DNA of 64,000 bases from Candidatus Limnocylindria bacterium. GTDB lineage: Bacteria > Chloroflexota > Limnocylindria > P2-11E. The notes under the pieces were generated by a model that did no database searches, was not told the origin of the DNA, and saw only the letters and a list, made by a program, of their open reading frames with translations. This document shows positions 38,015 to 47,578 of this stretch, in pieces. Where the stretch lies: NCBI GenBank assembly GCA_036002305.1, contig DASYTL010000020.1, forward strand, positions 35,852 through 99,851. The letters run 5' to 3'. Made by a program: the position numbers and the translations under genes. Position 1 is the first letter of the stretch, and each line of letters opens with the position of its first letter.

Positions 38015-38386
38015 CTAGCTGTGCGCGAGAATCCCGCGGATCGTATCGATGAGCTCGAGCGGCCCGAATGGCTTCGTCAGGTACTGGGTCGCGCCCGCGG
38101 CGAAGCCGATCGCCCGGTCGCTGTCGCTCTCGTGCGCCGTGAGCATCACCACCGGGATGTCCTTCGTCGCCTCATCCGCCTTGATCTGCCGGCAGACGTC
38201 GAAGCCGTTCGGGCCGGGGCCCATATCGACGTCGAGGAGGACGAGATCGGGCTTTTCGGAGCGCACCAGGGAGAGCGCCTCGTTCCCGTTCTTCGCCTCG
38301 ACGATGGTCCAGCCCTGCGTGGACAGGGTGATGCGGACCATCTGCCGGATGGGCACCAGGTCGTCGGCCACGAGCAGCTTCGCCAT
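38015..38386 (-). CDS. single-domain response regulator (CheY-like)
   Basis: 123 aa. LLVADD, PDLVLLDVDM, VVMLTAH, YLTKPF. GGAGG lies 8 nt upstream. Confidence 0.9.
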   Translation of the reverse strand: MAKLLVADDLVPIRQMVRITLSTQGWTIVEAKNGNEALSLVRSEKPDLVLLDVDMGPGPNGFDVCRQIKADEATKDIPVVMLTAHESDSDRAIGFAAGATQYLTKPFGPLELIDTIRGILAHS

Positions 38387-38446
38387 TTTCTGCGCCTCCG
38401 ATGCTAGTGATGGGTCCTACCGGCCCCACCCCCGAACGGATGGAAG

Positions 38447-39154
38447 TTATGACCGTTCGGGGGCAGGACCGTTTCCCCCGCGCGGGGGAGAAACTCGATC
38501 GCGGGTCCAGGACTCGAGGGTGACCAGCCCGAGACGGGCGGCCTCGGCCACGGCCTCGAGGCGCGAGTGCGCCCCGAGCTTGCGGAGCACGGCCTGCACG
38601 TGGGCGCGGAGCGTGGCGGTCGAGATCCCGAGGGAGTCCGCCGCCGCGGTGGTGCTCGTCCCGCTCGCGAGGAGCCGGAGCACCTCGAGCTCCCGGGTCG
38701 TGAGCGGCTCGATGACCTTCCGCGCGGCGGCGCTCTCCAGGAGAAGGCGCTGCAGCTCGCTCGGTGCGAAGAGGATCTCCCCGGACGCGGCGGCACGGAC
38801 GCTCTCGACGACCTCGGTCAGGCCCCGGCCCTTCGTCATATGACCGACGGCACCCGAGCGGGCGACGTCGTTGAGCGTCGCCGCCGTCGGGTCGGCGGTC
38901 AGGACCAGCACGGCCGTGTCCGGGAGCGACCCGCGGACCGCGCGCGCGAGGTCGGCGCCTGTGCCGTCGGGCAGGTGATAGTCGGCGATCACCACGTCCG
39001 GACGGTGCTCGTTCAGCGCGGCCACCGCTGCCTTGACGTCGTGCACGACCGCCTGGACCTCTATCCCGTCCGCGGCGCGCAGCGCGACGCGCATGAGCTC
39101 CGCGAAGAGACGCTCGTCGTCGACGATCACGACCCGTATCGAGTTCTCGCCCAT
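38447..39154 (-). CDS. NarL/FixJ-type response regulator (REC plus LuxR HTH)
   Basis: 235 aa. VVIVDDE, PDVVIADYHLPDG, LVLTAD. HTH: LTTRELEVLRLLASGTSTTAAADSLGISTATLRAHVQAVLRKLG. Confidence 0.9.
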   Translation of the reverse strand: MGENSIRVVIVDDERLFAELMRVALRAADGIEVQAVVHDVKAAVAALNEHRPDVVIADYHLPDGTGADLARAVRGSLPDTAVLVLTADPTAATLNDVARSGAVGHMTKGRGLTEVVESVRAAASGEILFAPSELQRLLLESAAARKVIEPLTTRELEVLRLLASGTSTTAAADSLGISTATLRAHVQAVLRKLGAHSRLEAVAEAARLGLVTLESWTRDRVSPPRGGNGPAPERS

Positions 39155-39155
39155 G

Positions 39156-40469
39156 TCACTTCCCTCCGCTCGCTCGCACTTGCGTCGCGAGCGCCGCGAC
39201 GACCGCCGCGTCGAGCTCGCCGCGCCCGACGGCGCCCTGGAGAATGCGCACCGCTTCGGCCTCGGACACCGCGGGACGGTCCGCTCGATCCGCGAGCAGC
39301 GCCTCGAACCGGTCGGCCACCGTGACGATCCGGACCTCGAGCGGGATCTGCTCGGCCCGGAGGCCGTCGGGATAGCCCGTCCCGTCGAGCCGCTCGTGGT
39401 GGTGGCGGACGATCGGCAGGAGACCCGAGAGACGCTTGAATCCGGCGAGGATCTCCTCGCCCAGGACCGGATGCCGTTCGAGCAGGGCGCGCTCCTCGGG
39501 GGTCAGCTCGCCGTCCTTCGCGAGGAGCGACGCGGGGAGGCGCGCGTTGCCGACGTCGCGCAGCAGCGCGCCCAGCCTGATCGTCATGCGCGTCGACTCG
39601 TCGAGACCGAGCGCCCGCCCGATCTGCACCGCGCGCGCCGCGACGCGCTCGGTGTAACCCGCGGTGCCGGGCCGGTCGTGCGAGGCGATGGCCGCCGCGA
39701 GCACGATCAGGGACTCGGCCGCCGACTGCAGGTCGTGTTCGAGGCTACGCTCGCGCACCACGAGGTCGACGATCCGCGGGAGGTGGGCGTCGACCGCCAC
39801 GAGCTCGCCACCGTCGGAGCCGCCGCGTCCCGCCGTGACGCGGACGATGGCGACGTCCTCCGGGGCGTCGGCCGGGAGCGCGGCGTTCCCCTCGACGATG
39901 ATGACATCGGGGGTCTCGTTCGGCTCGGCGAGGTCAAACCTCGACGAGAGGACCTTCTCGACGAGCTCGCGCAGCGCGCCGTCCGCGATGGCGACGCGGG
40001 CCACCGGCCGCTCGCCGGCGGCGCGTTCGATCGGTCGCGTGAGACGTGGCACCCGCGGGTTCCGCGCCTGCCCGAGGACAGCGTCGATGCGCGCGAGCAG
40101 CTCCGCTGCCTGGAACGGCTTCGTGATGTAGTCGGCCGCCCCGCAGGAGAGCCCGCGGACCTTGTCGACGACCTCGCCGCGCGCCGACAGGAAGATCACC
40201 GGGATCGGCGCGGTCGCGCTGTTGCTCTTGATCCGCAGGCACACGTCATAGCCGTCGGTGTCGGGGAGCATCACGTCGAGCAGGACAAGGTCCGGGAGAA
40301 GCTCCTCCACGAGCTCGATCCCGCGCCGTCCGTCGTGCGCGACCGACACGACCATCCCGTTCGCCTGGAGCCGCCGCTGCAGCACGTCAGCCGACGCCTG
40401 GTCGTCCTCCACGACGACCACGCGCGTGGCCGGCGCATCCGAGCGCATGACCTCCTCTACGATCTTCAC
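39156..40469 (-). CDS. REC - pseudo-receiver - degenerate HD-GYP protein
   Basis: Track ORF 39156..40604, trimmed to the GTG at 40469 that overlaps the upstream stop (GTGA). REC: VVVVEDD, PDLVLLDVMLPDTDG, YITKPF. The middle REC-like segment has Glu at the acceptor position (PDVIIVEGN). The HD-GYP keeps HHERLDGTGYPDG but has TAGYTERV (Tyr for the first His) and LLRDVGN (RD for HD). Confidence 0.9.
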   Translation of the reverse strand: MKIVEEVMRSDAPATRVVVVEDDQASADVLQRRLQANGMVVSVAHDGRRGIELVEELLPDLVLLDVMLPDTDGYDVCLRIKSNSATAPIPVIFLSARGEVVDKVRGLSCGAADYITKPFQAAELLARIDAVLGQARNPRVPRLTRPIERAAGERPVARVAIADGALRELVEKVLSSRFDLAEPNETPDVIIVEGNAALPADAPEDVAIVRVTAGRGGSDGGELVAVDAHLPRIVDLVVRERSLEHDLQSAAESLIVLAAAIASHDRPGTAGYTERVAARAVQIGRALGLDESTRMTIRLGALLRDVGNARLPASLLAKDGELTPEERALLERHPVLGEEILAGFKRLSGLLPIVRHHHERLDGTGYPDGLRAEQIPLEVRIVTVADRFEALLADRADRPAVSEAEAVRILQGAVGRGELDAAVVAALATQVRASGGK

Positions 40470-41242
40470 TTCTTCTTCGCCTCGTTCGCCTCGCCGAGCA
40501 GCCAGCGCATCGCCACGATGAACTTCGAGGGGCGCTCCTCGCGCGTGTTCTCCCGCAGGTAGGCGTGGAGATCGACCGCCCAGTGCGGCAGCTCGCCGTA
40601 CCACTTCATCTCGACGATGACGTTGGGCTCCATCGAGAGCAGCGAGCCGAGGGGCGACGGTTCGTCGTTCTCATCCCGCGTCTCCCAGGGGAGCGCGAAG
40701 TACATGAGGTTGTGGTCCGCGGTGATGCGGATGGACGAGTCCAGCGAGTTGTACGCGAGGCGGTTGTACTGCGTGACGACGACGGGACGCGCTCCGGCCT
40801 TGAGCAGGCGAGCGGCGCGCTCCGCGAGGCCGTGGTGGAAGTCCGGCAACGCGGCCTCGCCGCGGAGGAACGACCGCGCCACGTCCATGGGCACGCCGAA
40901 GCGCTCCTTGAGCGAGGTGTCTTCCTCGTCGTCCTTGAGCTCGATCCACGCCGTGCCCGGGTTGAGCACGTCCTGCGGGCGGGTCCGGTGGTACTCGCGG
41001 ATGCGCAGCTGCATCGCCGAGCCCTTTTCGGCCGCGCGAAAGATCGACCAGTTGATGGTGTCGCAGTAGGTCGTCGTCGACCACTGGTATGGCCGGTCGT
41101 CTCGCGAAAGCGGCAGGTTGTTCGCCGTCGTGCGCATGACGAGCCGGGCGATGCTCTCGGTGACCTGGAAGCGGTGCTCATGCCTGCGCTCGGCATCGGC
41201 CTCGTGGGCCGGGACAACGGAGGTCGTCACTTTTTTGGCCAC
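40466..41242 (-). CDS. VTC-domain (polyphosphate polymerase / triphosphate-tunnel type) protein
   Basis: 258 aa. The pattern matches bacterial VTC-domain proteins along the whole length: HEHRFQV, TTYCDTINWSIFR, QLRIREY, AWIELKDDEEDTSLKERF, VVVTQYNRLAYNSLDSSIRITADHNLMYF, VIVEMKWYGELPHW, PSKFIVAM. The GTG start is 1 nt after the upstream stop. Confidence 0.8.
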   Translation of the reverse strand: MAKKVTTSVVPAHEADAERRHEHRFQVTESIARLVMRTTANNLPLSRDDRPYQWSTTTYCDTINWSIFRAAEKGSAMQLRIREYHRTRPQDVLNPGTAWIELKDDEEDTSLKERFGVPMDVARSFLRGEAALPDFHHGLAERAARLLKAGARPVVVTQYNRLAYNSLDSSIRITADHNLMYFALPWETRDENDEPSPLGSLLSMEPNVIVEMKWYGELPHWAVDLHAYLRENTREERPSKFIVAMRWLLGEANEAKKK

Positions 41243-41243
41243 G

Positions 41244-42740
41244 CTACTCGGTCGCGTCCGCGGCCACAGCGAGGAGGCCCCGCCGGGTCAGCGCGGCGCG
41301 CACGCCGTGCTCGACATCGGCCGGGATCGATCCATCGAGCGAGCGGAGGAGCTTGTCCGGGACGGTCCCGTGCTCGGTCGCGAGGATCTCGGCCGCACTG
41401 AATCTCAGCTCGGGTTCGACGGAGGTGAGATTCGCCAGGATGCGCTGGCCGAAGACCCGGGCGGTGTGCCACGCGTTGTAGACGTATACGCCGCAGAGCC
41501 CGGTCGCGAGCGCCAGCAGCATGCGGTTGTCGTGGGCCTGCAGCCCCGCGAGCAACGCCACCGCGGCCGCGAAGTTCCCGAACGCGTTCACGCCACCCGA
41601 GAGGAACGCGCGGGCGCGGGGGCGGATGACGGACTCGACCTGGCTGTAGACGAGCTCGGTCGCCGGCCGGTGGATCGCCGGGATGACGATGCGCTCGCCG
41701 AGCTGGATCGCGAGGCCCGCGAAGAATGCGATCCCCGCCGCCGTGAACGTCGCCGCGGCGGCGGCGAAGGTCCCGAGATACCAGAGCGGCAGTATGAAGA
41801 GCACGCGGGCGATTCCGATCGAGCGGAGAAGTCCGCCCGTGATCACGCTCTGGATGAAGATCGCGACGAGCGAGGAGCTGCCGTAGACCGAGGCGTACAG
41901 CTGGCTGAACACGTCCTCGCTCTGCTGGCTGCTGCCGGCGGCCTGGGCATCGAGGCCGACGAGGAAGAGGAAGTTGCCGAACTGCATCAGGAAGTACCAG
42001 AAGAAGACGCCGACACCGAACGTGCGCAGCATCTTGTCCGACGCGACGGTGCGATAGCCGTCGGCCGAGTCCTGGAGGCTGGCGCGCAGCCCCTTCGGCC
42101 GATCTTCACCCACGCGGCTGCCGTGACCTTCCGGCAGGCCGCGATACGCGACCAGCGCGACGAAGCACACCAGGAACCCCAGCGCCTGAGCGCCGATGAA
42201 GTTCTCGGCGTGAACGAACGGCGGGAGCCCGGTGCCCAGGGCGCTGCCGATGATCTTGCCGAGCAGCACCGAGCCGGCGAAGAAGGGGAAGAGACGCTTG
42301 GACTGCTCGGCGTCGTAGAGGTTCCCGGCGTACACCCAGAAGAGGATGTAGATCGTCTCCTTCACTCCGTGCGCGAACACGTAGGAGATCGGCTGCACCA
42401 GCCAGCCGCCCGCGAACTCTCCCTGGAGCCACACGCCGACTTGGATCACGACCGAGAGCAGCGTCACGCCGGCGACGTACCAGAGGAGCAACGTCCGGCG
42501 GCGGATCCGGTCGACGAAGAAGAAGATCATCGCCGACACGGCGAGCATCACGATCGGTGTCACGATGTACATCAGGGGGATGTAGTTCACGCCCCACCGC
42601 TTCACGAAGAGGGCATCCGCCCCGACCTTCCCGACCCAGTCGGCGGCGACCATGAGCGTGAGCAGCGCGTAGAGGAAGAGCCCGAGGCCCCACTCCCCGC
42701 GCCGTAGCGGGAGGGCGTGCGCGAAGATCCCTCGCAGCAC
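41244..42740 (-). CDS. 12-TM transporter-like protein (MFS / TLC ATP:ADP-antiporter-like) with HEAT-like C-terminal tail
   Basis: 498 aa. The N-terminus LRRGEWGLGLFLYALLTLMVAADWVGKVGADALFVKRWGVNYIPLMYIV resembles the start of TLC/AAA-family carriers. About 12 hydrophobic spans. Soluble tail: ELRFSAAEILATEHGTVPDKLLRSLDGSIPADVEHGVRAAL. The family assignment is tentative. Confidence 0.7.
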   Translation of the reverse strand: MLRGIFAHALPLRRGEWGLGLFLYALLTLMVAADWVGKVGADALFVKRWGVNYIPLMYIVTPIVMLAVSAMIFFFVDRIRRRTLLLWYVAGVTLLSVVIQVGVWLQGEFAGGWLVQPISYVFAHGVKETIYILFWVYAGNLYDAEQSKRLFPFFAGSVLLGKIIGSALGTGLPPFVHAENFIGAQALGFLVCFVALVAYRGLPEGHGSRVGEDRPKGLRASLQDSADGYRTVASDKMLRTFGVGVFFWYFLMQFGNFLFLVGLDAQAAGSSQQSEDVFSQLYASVYGSSSLVAIFIQSVITGGLLRSIGIARVLFILPLWYLGTFAAAAATFTAAGIAFFAGLAIQLGERIVIPAIHRPATELVYSQVESVIRPRARAFLSGGVNAFGNFAAAVALLAGLQAHDNRMLLALATGLCGVYVYNAWHTARVFGQRILANLTSVEPELRFSAAEILATEHGTVPDKLLRSLDGSIPADVEHGVRAALTRRGLLAVAADATE

Positions 42741-42745
42741 GGTCG

Positions 42746-44293
42746 CTAGGCTCCGGAAGCCCCGCGCTCGCCGGCGGGCAGCGTGAACTGCACGATCGCT
42801 CCAGTCTCGCCGGGGTTCACGACGCTGATGCTGCCGCCGTGGAGCTCCACGGCGAGCTTGCAGAACGCGAGCCCGAGCCCGGTCCCGCCGCGGCTGCGGC
42901 CGGCGCCCTGGTAGAAGCGGTCGAAGATGTGCGGCGCGTCGGCTGCCGCGATGCCGGGTCCGGTGTCGTGGACGCGCACGACGACCGAGCCCTCGAGGCT
43001 CCGGTCGCGCGCGCTATCGATGCGGACCTTGCCGCCGCTCGGCGTGTGCTTCACCGCGTTCGCGAGCAGGTTCGTGAGCACGCGCACGATGAGCCCGTCG
43101 TCGACGAACACGTTGACATCCTGCGGGAGCGCGCTTTCGAGACCGATACCTTTCGCGAGCGCCTCGGGCGCGACCTGCGCGATGCTGCGTTCCCCGAGCG
43201 CGGACAGCGCGATGACCTGAGGCATGGCCTCGAGCTTGCCCTCCTCCATTTTGTAGACGTCGAGGAGCGCGTTGACCATCCGCAGCAGCTCGCTGATATT
43301 CGACTCGGACAGCCGGAGGAGCTCGTCGAATTCCTGGCGGCCCGGCTCGAGCTGACCCATCCGCACGAGCTGCATGAACGCGACGACGCTGTTGGCGAGA
43401 TTGCGGATGTCGTGACCGAGCATGCCGATGAGCTCTTTCCGCGATTGCTCCATGCGCTGGAGGTCGGCGGCGGTCTTGCGCAGCTGGTCCTGCAGGCGCT
43501 TCGTGAAGATCGCGCTCCGCACCCGCGCCGCGAGCTCGATCGGCTCGAACGGTTTGGCGATGTAGTCGATGCCACCCACCTCGAAGCCTTTGCTCACGTC
43601 TTCCGACCGGTCCTTCGCGGTGACGAAGATCACCGGAATGTCGGCGGTCTCGGGCTGCGACTTGAGACGGCGGCAAGCCTGCAGGCCGTCCATGCCCGGC
43701 ATCATGACGTCGAGCAGGATCAGGTCGGGCTGCTCCGTGCGCGCGAGCGCGATCGCCCGTTCCCCGGAGCTCGCGACCTGCGTCTGGCAACCGATCGCCT
43801 CGAGGCGCCGAGCGAGGAGCTCCACGTTCGCGATCTCGTCGTCGACGATGAGCACCTTCCCGAGCGGGATCGGAACTGGCCCCCGGATGGTCGGTGCGCC
43901 GTCGCGGGAGGCAGGGACCTGCGCGGCGCCGCCAGGGAAGTAGCGGAGGAGGATGGCCCGAAGCTCAGCCGGAGCGAAGGGCTTGGACACGAAGTCGTCG
44001 CAGCCCGCTTCGATCGCCCGCGCCCGATCCGATGGGAGCGCGAGCGCCGACACGGCGATGATCGGGATGCTCGCCGCCCACGGCTCAGCGCGCAGCGATC
44101 GCGTGAGGCTCCAGCCGTCCATGCGCGGCAGGAGCAGGTCGACGAGGACCGCGTCGGGGCGCTCGACCCGGGCGAGATCAAGCCCGGCGACGCCGTCAGC
44201 GGCCACCAGGGCCTCGTGCCCGGAGGCGCGGATGATCCGCGACGCGACGTCCAGGTTGTTGGCGTCGTCCTCGACGACCAGAACCCGCGCCAC
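42746..44293 (-). CDS. hybrid REC-REC-HisKA-HATPase histidine kinase
   Basis: 515 aa. REC1: VLVVEDD...DAVLVDLLLPRMDG...FVSKPF. REC2: VLIVDDE...DLILLDVMMPGMDG...YIAKPF. H-box LIGMLGHDIRNLANS. N, G1 and G2 boxes: [27 protein letters not shown]. Confidence 0.9.
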   Translation of the reverse strand: MARVLVVEDDANNLDVASRIIRASGHEALVAADGVAGLDLARVERPDAVLVDLLLPRMDGWSLTRSLRAEPWAASIPIIAVSALALPSDRARAIEAGCDDFVSKPFAPAELRAILLRYFPGGAAQVPASRDGAPTIRGPVPIPLGKVLIVDDEIANVELLARRLEAIGCQTQVASSGERAIALARTEQPDLILLDVMMPGMDGLQACRRLKSQPETADIPVIFVTAKDRSEDVSKGFEVGGIDYIAKPFEPIELAARVRSAIFTKRLQDQLRKTAADLQRMEQSRKELIGMLGHDIRNLANSVVAFMQLVRMGQLEPGRQEFDELLRLSESNISELLRMVNALLDVYKMEEGKLEAMPQVIALSALGERSIAQVAPEALAKGIGLESALPQDVNVFVDDGLIVRVLTNLLANAVKHTPSGGKVRIDSARDRSLEGSVVVRVHDTGPGIAAADAPHIFDRFYQGAGRSRGGTGLGLAFCKLAVELHGGSISVVNPGETGAIVQFTLPAGERGASGA

Positions 44294-46617
44294 TAGTGGC
44301 TCCCGGTCCGGGTCAGCAGAGCGGCCTCGCTGCCGGCGCGCACCCGGATGGGCAGCGTGAAGTGGAAGGTGCTGCCCCGGCCGACTTCGCTGTCGACCCA
44401 GATGCGGCCGCCGTGCAGCGTGACCAGGCGCTTCGAGATCGCGAGGCCCAGGCCCGTGCCCCCGTACCTGCGGGTGGTCGAGCTGTCGGCCTGCCGGAAC
44501 TCGTCGAACACATAGGCCTGCGCCTCGGGGCTGATGCCGACGCCGGTGTCGGCGACCGATACGGTCACCCAGCCTTCCGCCGCGCTGGCGGAGACGGAGA
44601 CGGAGCCGCGCTCCGTGAACTTCACCGCGTTGGCGAGCATGTTCGCGAGGATCTGGCGGATCCGGGCACGGTCGGCCCAGACGTTCGGCAGCCCGGGCGG
44701 GATGAGCGAGCGCACCTCGAGGCCCTTCTCGTCGGCGTGCGGGCGTACGAGCTCGAGCGCCTCGTCGGTGACCTCGGTGATGTTGACCTCTTCGACGTTC
44801 AGCTCCATCTTGCCGGCTTCGATCTTGGCGAGATCGAGCAGCCCGTTGATCAGGCCGAGCAGGTTGTCCGCGGCCTGCGCCACCCGGAAGAGGTCCGTGG
44901 TCTGTTGCGCGGTGAGCTCGCCGTCGAGGCCGTCGAGCATCAGCTTCGTGTAGCCGATGATCGCGTTCATCGGCGTGCGGAGCTCGTGGCTCACGCTCGC
45001 CAGGAACTCGCTCTTCAGGCGGTTGGCGCGCTCGAGCTGCAGGTTGTTCACGCGCAGCTCGCCGACGAGATCGGCGTTCTCGTTCGCCACCGACACCAGA
45101 CGGGCAATGGTCCGCAGAGCGCGGGCCTGCGTGTCGGTGATGTCGCGCTGCTCGCGGAAGTACGCCGAGAGCAGGCCGATCGTGCGGCCCCGGGCTGAGA
45201 GCGGGACGTGCGCGACGAACCGCAGGTCGCCGGCGGACACGGCCGACAGCCGGATGCGGTCGGCGTCCGCCTCGGAGCGGACCAGCACGCGCATGGCGAG
45301 CGTGACGGCGGTCTCGGGATCGATGCCGACCGTCGCGGGCGCGTTAAGCCGTCCGCCGGATCCGGGCGGGGCGCCGGGCGGGTCCTCCCGGATGACGATC
45401 GCGCCGCCGTCGGCATTGAGGAGGGACACCATGCGGTCGAGGGAGCGCGCGAAGATGCGCTCTGCGTCGGTGACGCCGACGACGGCGTCGGCGACCTCGT
45501 TCACCGCGCGCACCTCGTCGAGGTACTCGCGCTGCGCACGTTCGCGTTCGTACAACGACGCGGCCATCGTGTCGAAGGCGCGTTCGAGCGTGCCGATCTC
45601 GTGCGGCGACACCTGCTGTACGCGCGCGGCGAGGTCGCCCGCCTCGATCCGCTGCGCCGCCGCCGCGAGGTTCTCGAGCGGCTGGGTGATGCTCCGCGCG
45701 GTGCGGTACGCGAGCAGCGTGACCACTCCCACGAGCCCGAGGCCGACGAGCAGCAGGATGCCGAGGAGAGTCCGTTGCGCCTGCTCGACCGGGTCGGTCG
45801 GGACGAGCACGGCGAGGATCCCGGGGTTCTGACGCTGGGACCGGATCACCCGGAAGATGCCGTAGTAGTTCTTGTTGTTCGCGGTCAGGTTCTCGATGAG
45901 GACGTCCCGCAGCTGCGCGTCGACCTGCTCCGTCGTGGGGAACATCGTGTTCGAGCCGAAGTCGACGGTCGAGGCGCGCACCTGGCCGTTCCAGATCAGC
46001 GCGAGGTCGGCGTCCGACCGCGTCTTGATCGCCTTGAGGAAGTCCGAGTTCAGGAGGTTGCCGACCTCCATGATGCCGATGTAATCGCCGTCGGCGTTCC
46101 GGATCACGAAGATCGCGCGGATGACGAGGCCGTCCGGCTCGTCGTAAAGCACCCACTGCTGCTGGGCCCGCGCCTTCGCGTACGTCACGAGCTCGGGCTC
46201 GAGCGTCTTGTTCCTGTTCTCCTGGGCGCCCGCGATGATCACGCCTTCCTTGTCGGCGATGTTCATCACGTTGACGCCGAGGCGTGACTTCATTGGGAGG
46301 AGGAAAGCCTGGATGCCCTCGATGTCGCGCTGCTCGGTGAGCTCGCGCGTCGTCGGCAGCCCGGCGGCCAGCGCAGCGGCTCTGGTCGCGACCAGGGCCT
46401 GGTCGTCGATCTCGTTCCTGGCGACGTCGGCGAGGATCGCCGACTCGTCCTCGAACTGGCTCAGGATGAGCTGGTAGGACTCGTAGATGGCGACGCCCGT
46501 CACGATGACGAGCGCGAGGACGCTCACCAGCACGTTGCGGCTGACGAGCGCCCTCAGCAGGCTCGGTGCGAAGAGCTTCTGCATGGCCCGAGCTGAGCCT
46601 TCCTCCTCGACGATCAC
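44293..46617 (-). CDS. sensor histidine kinase: TM - extracytoplasmic Cache/PDC-like domain - TM - HAMP - GAF-like - HisKA - HATPase
   Basis: 774 aa (GTG at 46617, or ATG at 46584 giving MQKLF). HAMP: [25 protein letters not shown]-box [18 protein letters not shown]. ATPase boxes: [26 protein letters not shown]. Its stop overlaps the next gene's start by 1 nt. Confidence 0.9.
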   Translation of the reverse strand: MIVEEEGSARAMQKLFAPSLLRALVSRNVLVSVLALVIVTGVAIYESYQLILSQFEDESAILADVARNEIDDQALVATRAAALAAGLPTTRELTEQRDIEGIQAFLLPMKSRLGVNVMNIADKEGVIIAGAQENRNKTLEPELVTYAKARAQQQWVLYDEPDGLVIRAIFVIRNADGDYIGIMEVGNLLNSDFLKAIKTRSDADLALIWNGQVRASTVDFGSNTMFPTTEQVDAQLRDVLIENLTANNKNYYGIFRVIRSQRQNPGILAVLVPTDPVEQAQRTLLGILLLVGLGLVGVVTLLAYRTARSITQPLENLAAAAQRIEAGDLAARVQQVSPHEIGTLERAFDTMAASLYERERAQREYLDEVRAVNEVADAVVGVTDAERIFARSLDRMVSLLNADGGAIVIREDPPGAPPGSGGRLNAPATVGIDPETAVTLAMRVLVRSEADADRIRLSAVSAGDLRFVAHVPLSARGRTIGLLSAYFREQRDITDTQARALRTIARLVSVANENADLVGELRVNNLQLERANRLKSEFLASVSHELRTPMNAIIGYTKLMLDGLDGELTAQQTTDLFRVAQAADNLLGLINGLLDLAKIEAGKMELNVEEVNITEVTDEALELVRPHADEKGLEVRSLIPPGLPNVWADRARIRQILANMLANAVKFTERGSVSVSASAAEGWVTVSVADTGVGISPEAQAYVFDEFRQADSSTTRRYGGTGLGLAISKRLVTLHGGRIWVDSEVGRGSTFHFTLPIRVRAGSEAALLTRTGSH

Positions 46618-46632
46618 GCGGGGCCGGTGTGC

Positions 46633-47487
46633 TTAGAGTCCGGCGAGGATCTTCTGGCCTTCCGGTCCCTTCACGAAGTCCAGAAAAGCCCTGATCGCCG
46701 GCTTCAGCTTGGTCGGATCGGCGTCGTAGACGAAGTAGAGCGGCCGGCGAACCTTGTATGTGCCGCTGTTCAGGTTGTCGCGCGTCGCAGCGACGCCGTC
46801 GATGGTCGCGAAAGCGATCTGCGAGTTCCCGAAGGTGCTCGCGTTCATCGTGACCATGCCGATGGACTCCTTGAACGAGTTGATGGCCTTAACTGTCTCG
46901 TCGATCGTGGTCACCTCGATCGCTGACGGCGCGTACGTCGGCTTCTTGCCGTCGTAGAAATACGTCTCGAAAGCGCTCCGCGTCGACGAGCCCGGCTCGC
47001 GGATGAGCACGCGGATCTTGCCCGGCGTCCCGCCGACGTCCTTCCAGTCGGTGATCGTGCCGGTGAAGATCTTCGCGACCTGGTCCTTGGTCAGCGCCTT
47101 CACCGTGTTCTGCGCGCTCACGGCGACGGCCGTGCCGCTCGCGCCGATGGCGAGCGCCTCGACCTTCCCCTTCTCGGCCTCACGGAGGTCGCGGCTGATG
47201 TAGCCAAGATCGATCTCGCGGCTCACCGCGAGGCTCACGCCTGCGTCCGAGCCGATGTCCGCGAGGCCCTGCCAGGTGATCGTGGGGTGAAGCTTTTGGA
47301 ATCCGTCGGCGAGCGCCCTCACGTTGTCGAGCGCACCACCTCCACCGTTCACGATGTATTGTCCGCCGAGCGGGTCCGGAGTCTTCGCCGGCCCGACCGG
47401 CAGCTGACCTCCACAGCTCGCGGCGAATCCCGCGGCGGTGATCAGCAATGCGGCTGTCCGCAAAGAGCGCATTCGGGCCCTCCTCAT
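46633..47487 (-). CDS. PstS-like (PBP_like_2) phosphate-binding-protein homologue, lipoprotein
   Basis: 284 aa. An internal ATG at 47472 has AGGAGG 6 nt upstream and gives MRSLRTAALLITAAGFAASCGG (lipobox). GSDAGVSLAVSREIDLGYISR, GTITDWKDVGG, REPGSSTRSAFE, GTYKVRRPLYFVY. No pstCAB genes nearby. Confidence 0.85.
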   Translation of the reverse strand: MRRARMRSLRTAALLITAAGFAASCGGQLPVGPAKTPDPLGGQYIVNGGGGALDNVRALADGFQKLHPTITWQGLADIGSDAGVSLAVSREIDLGYISRDLREAEKGKVEALAIGASGTAVAVSAQNTVKALTKDQVAKIFTGTITDWKDVGGTPGKIRVLIREPGSSTRSAFETYFYDGKKPTYAPSAIEVTTIDETVKAINSFKESIGMVTMNASTFGNSQIAFATIDGVAATRDNLNSGTYKVRRPLYFVYDADPTKLKPAIRAFLDFVKGPEGQKILAGL

Positions 47488-47578
47488 GGGTCGAATCGAG
47501 ACATTAGTCTCTTGCCTTTGTATAGCGAGGTCTATCCCTCTATCGGCCGATTCCCGTTACACATCGGGATATGCGGGC

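Noticed and set aside
41118-42707. 529-aa plus-strand ORF
   Set aside because: Antisense to the 12-TM transporter-like gene. Highly charged Asp/Glu/Arg sequence typical of the antisense of hydrophobic, GC-rich genes.
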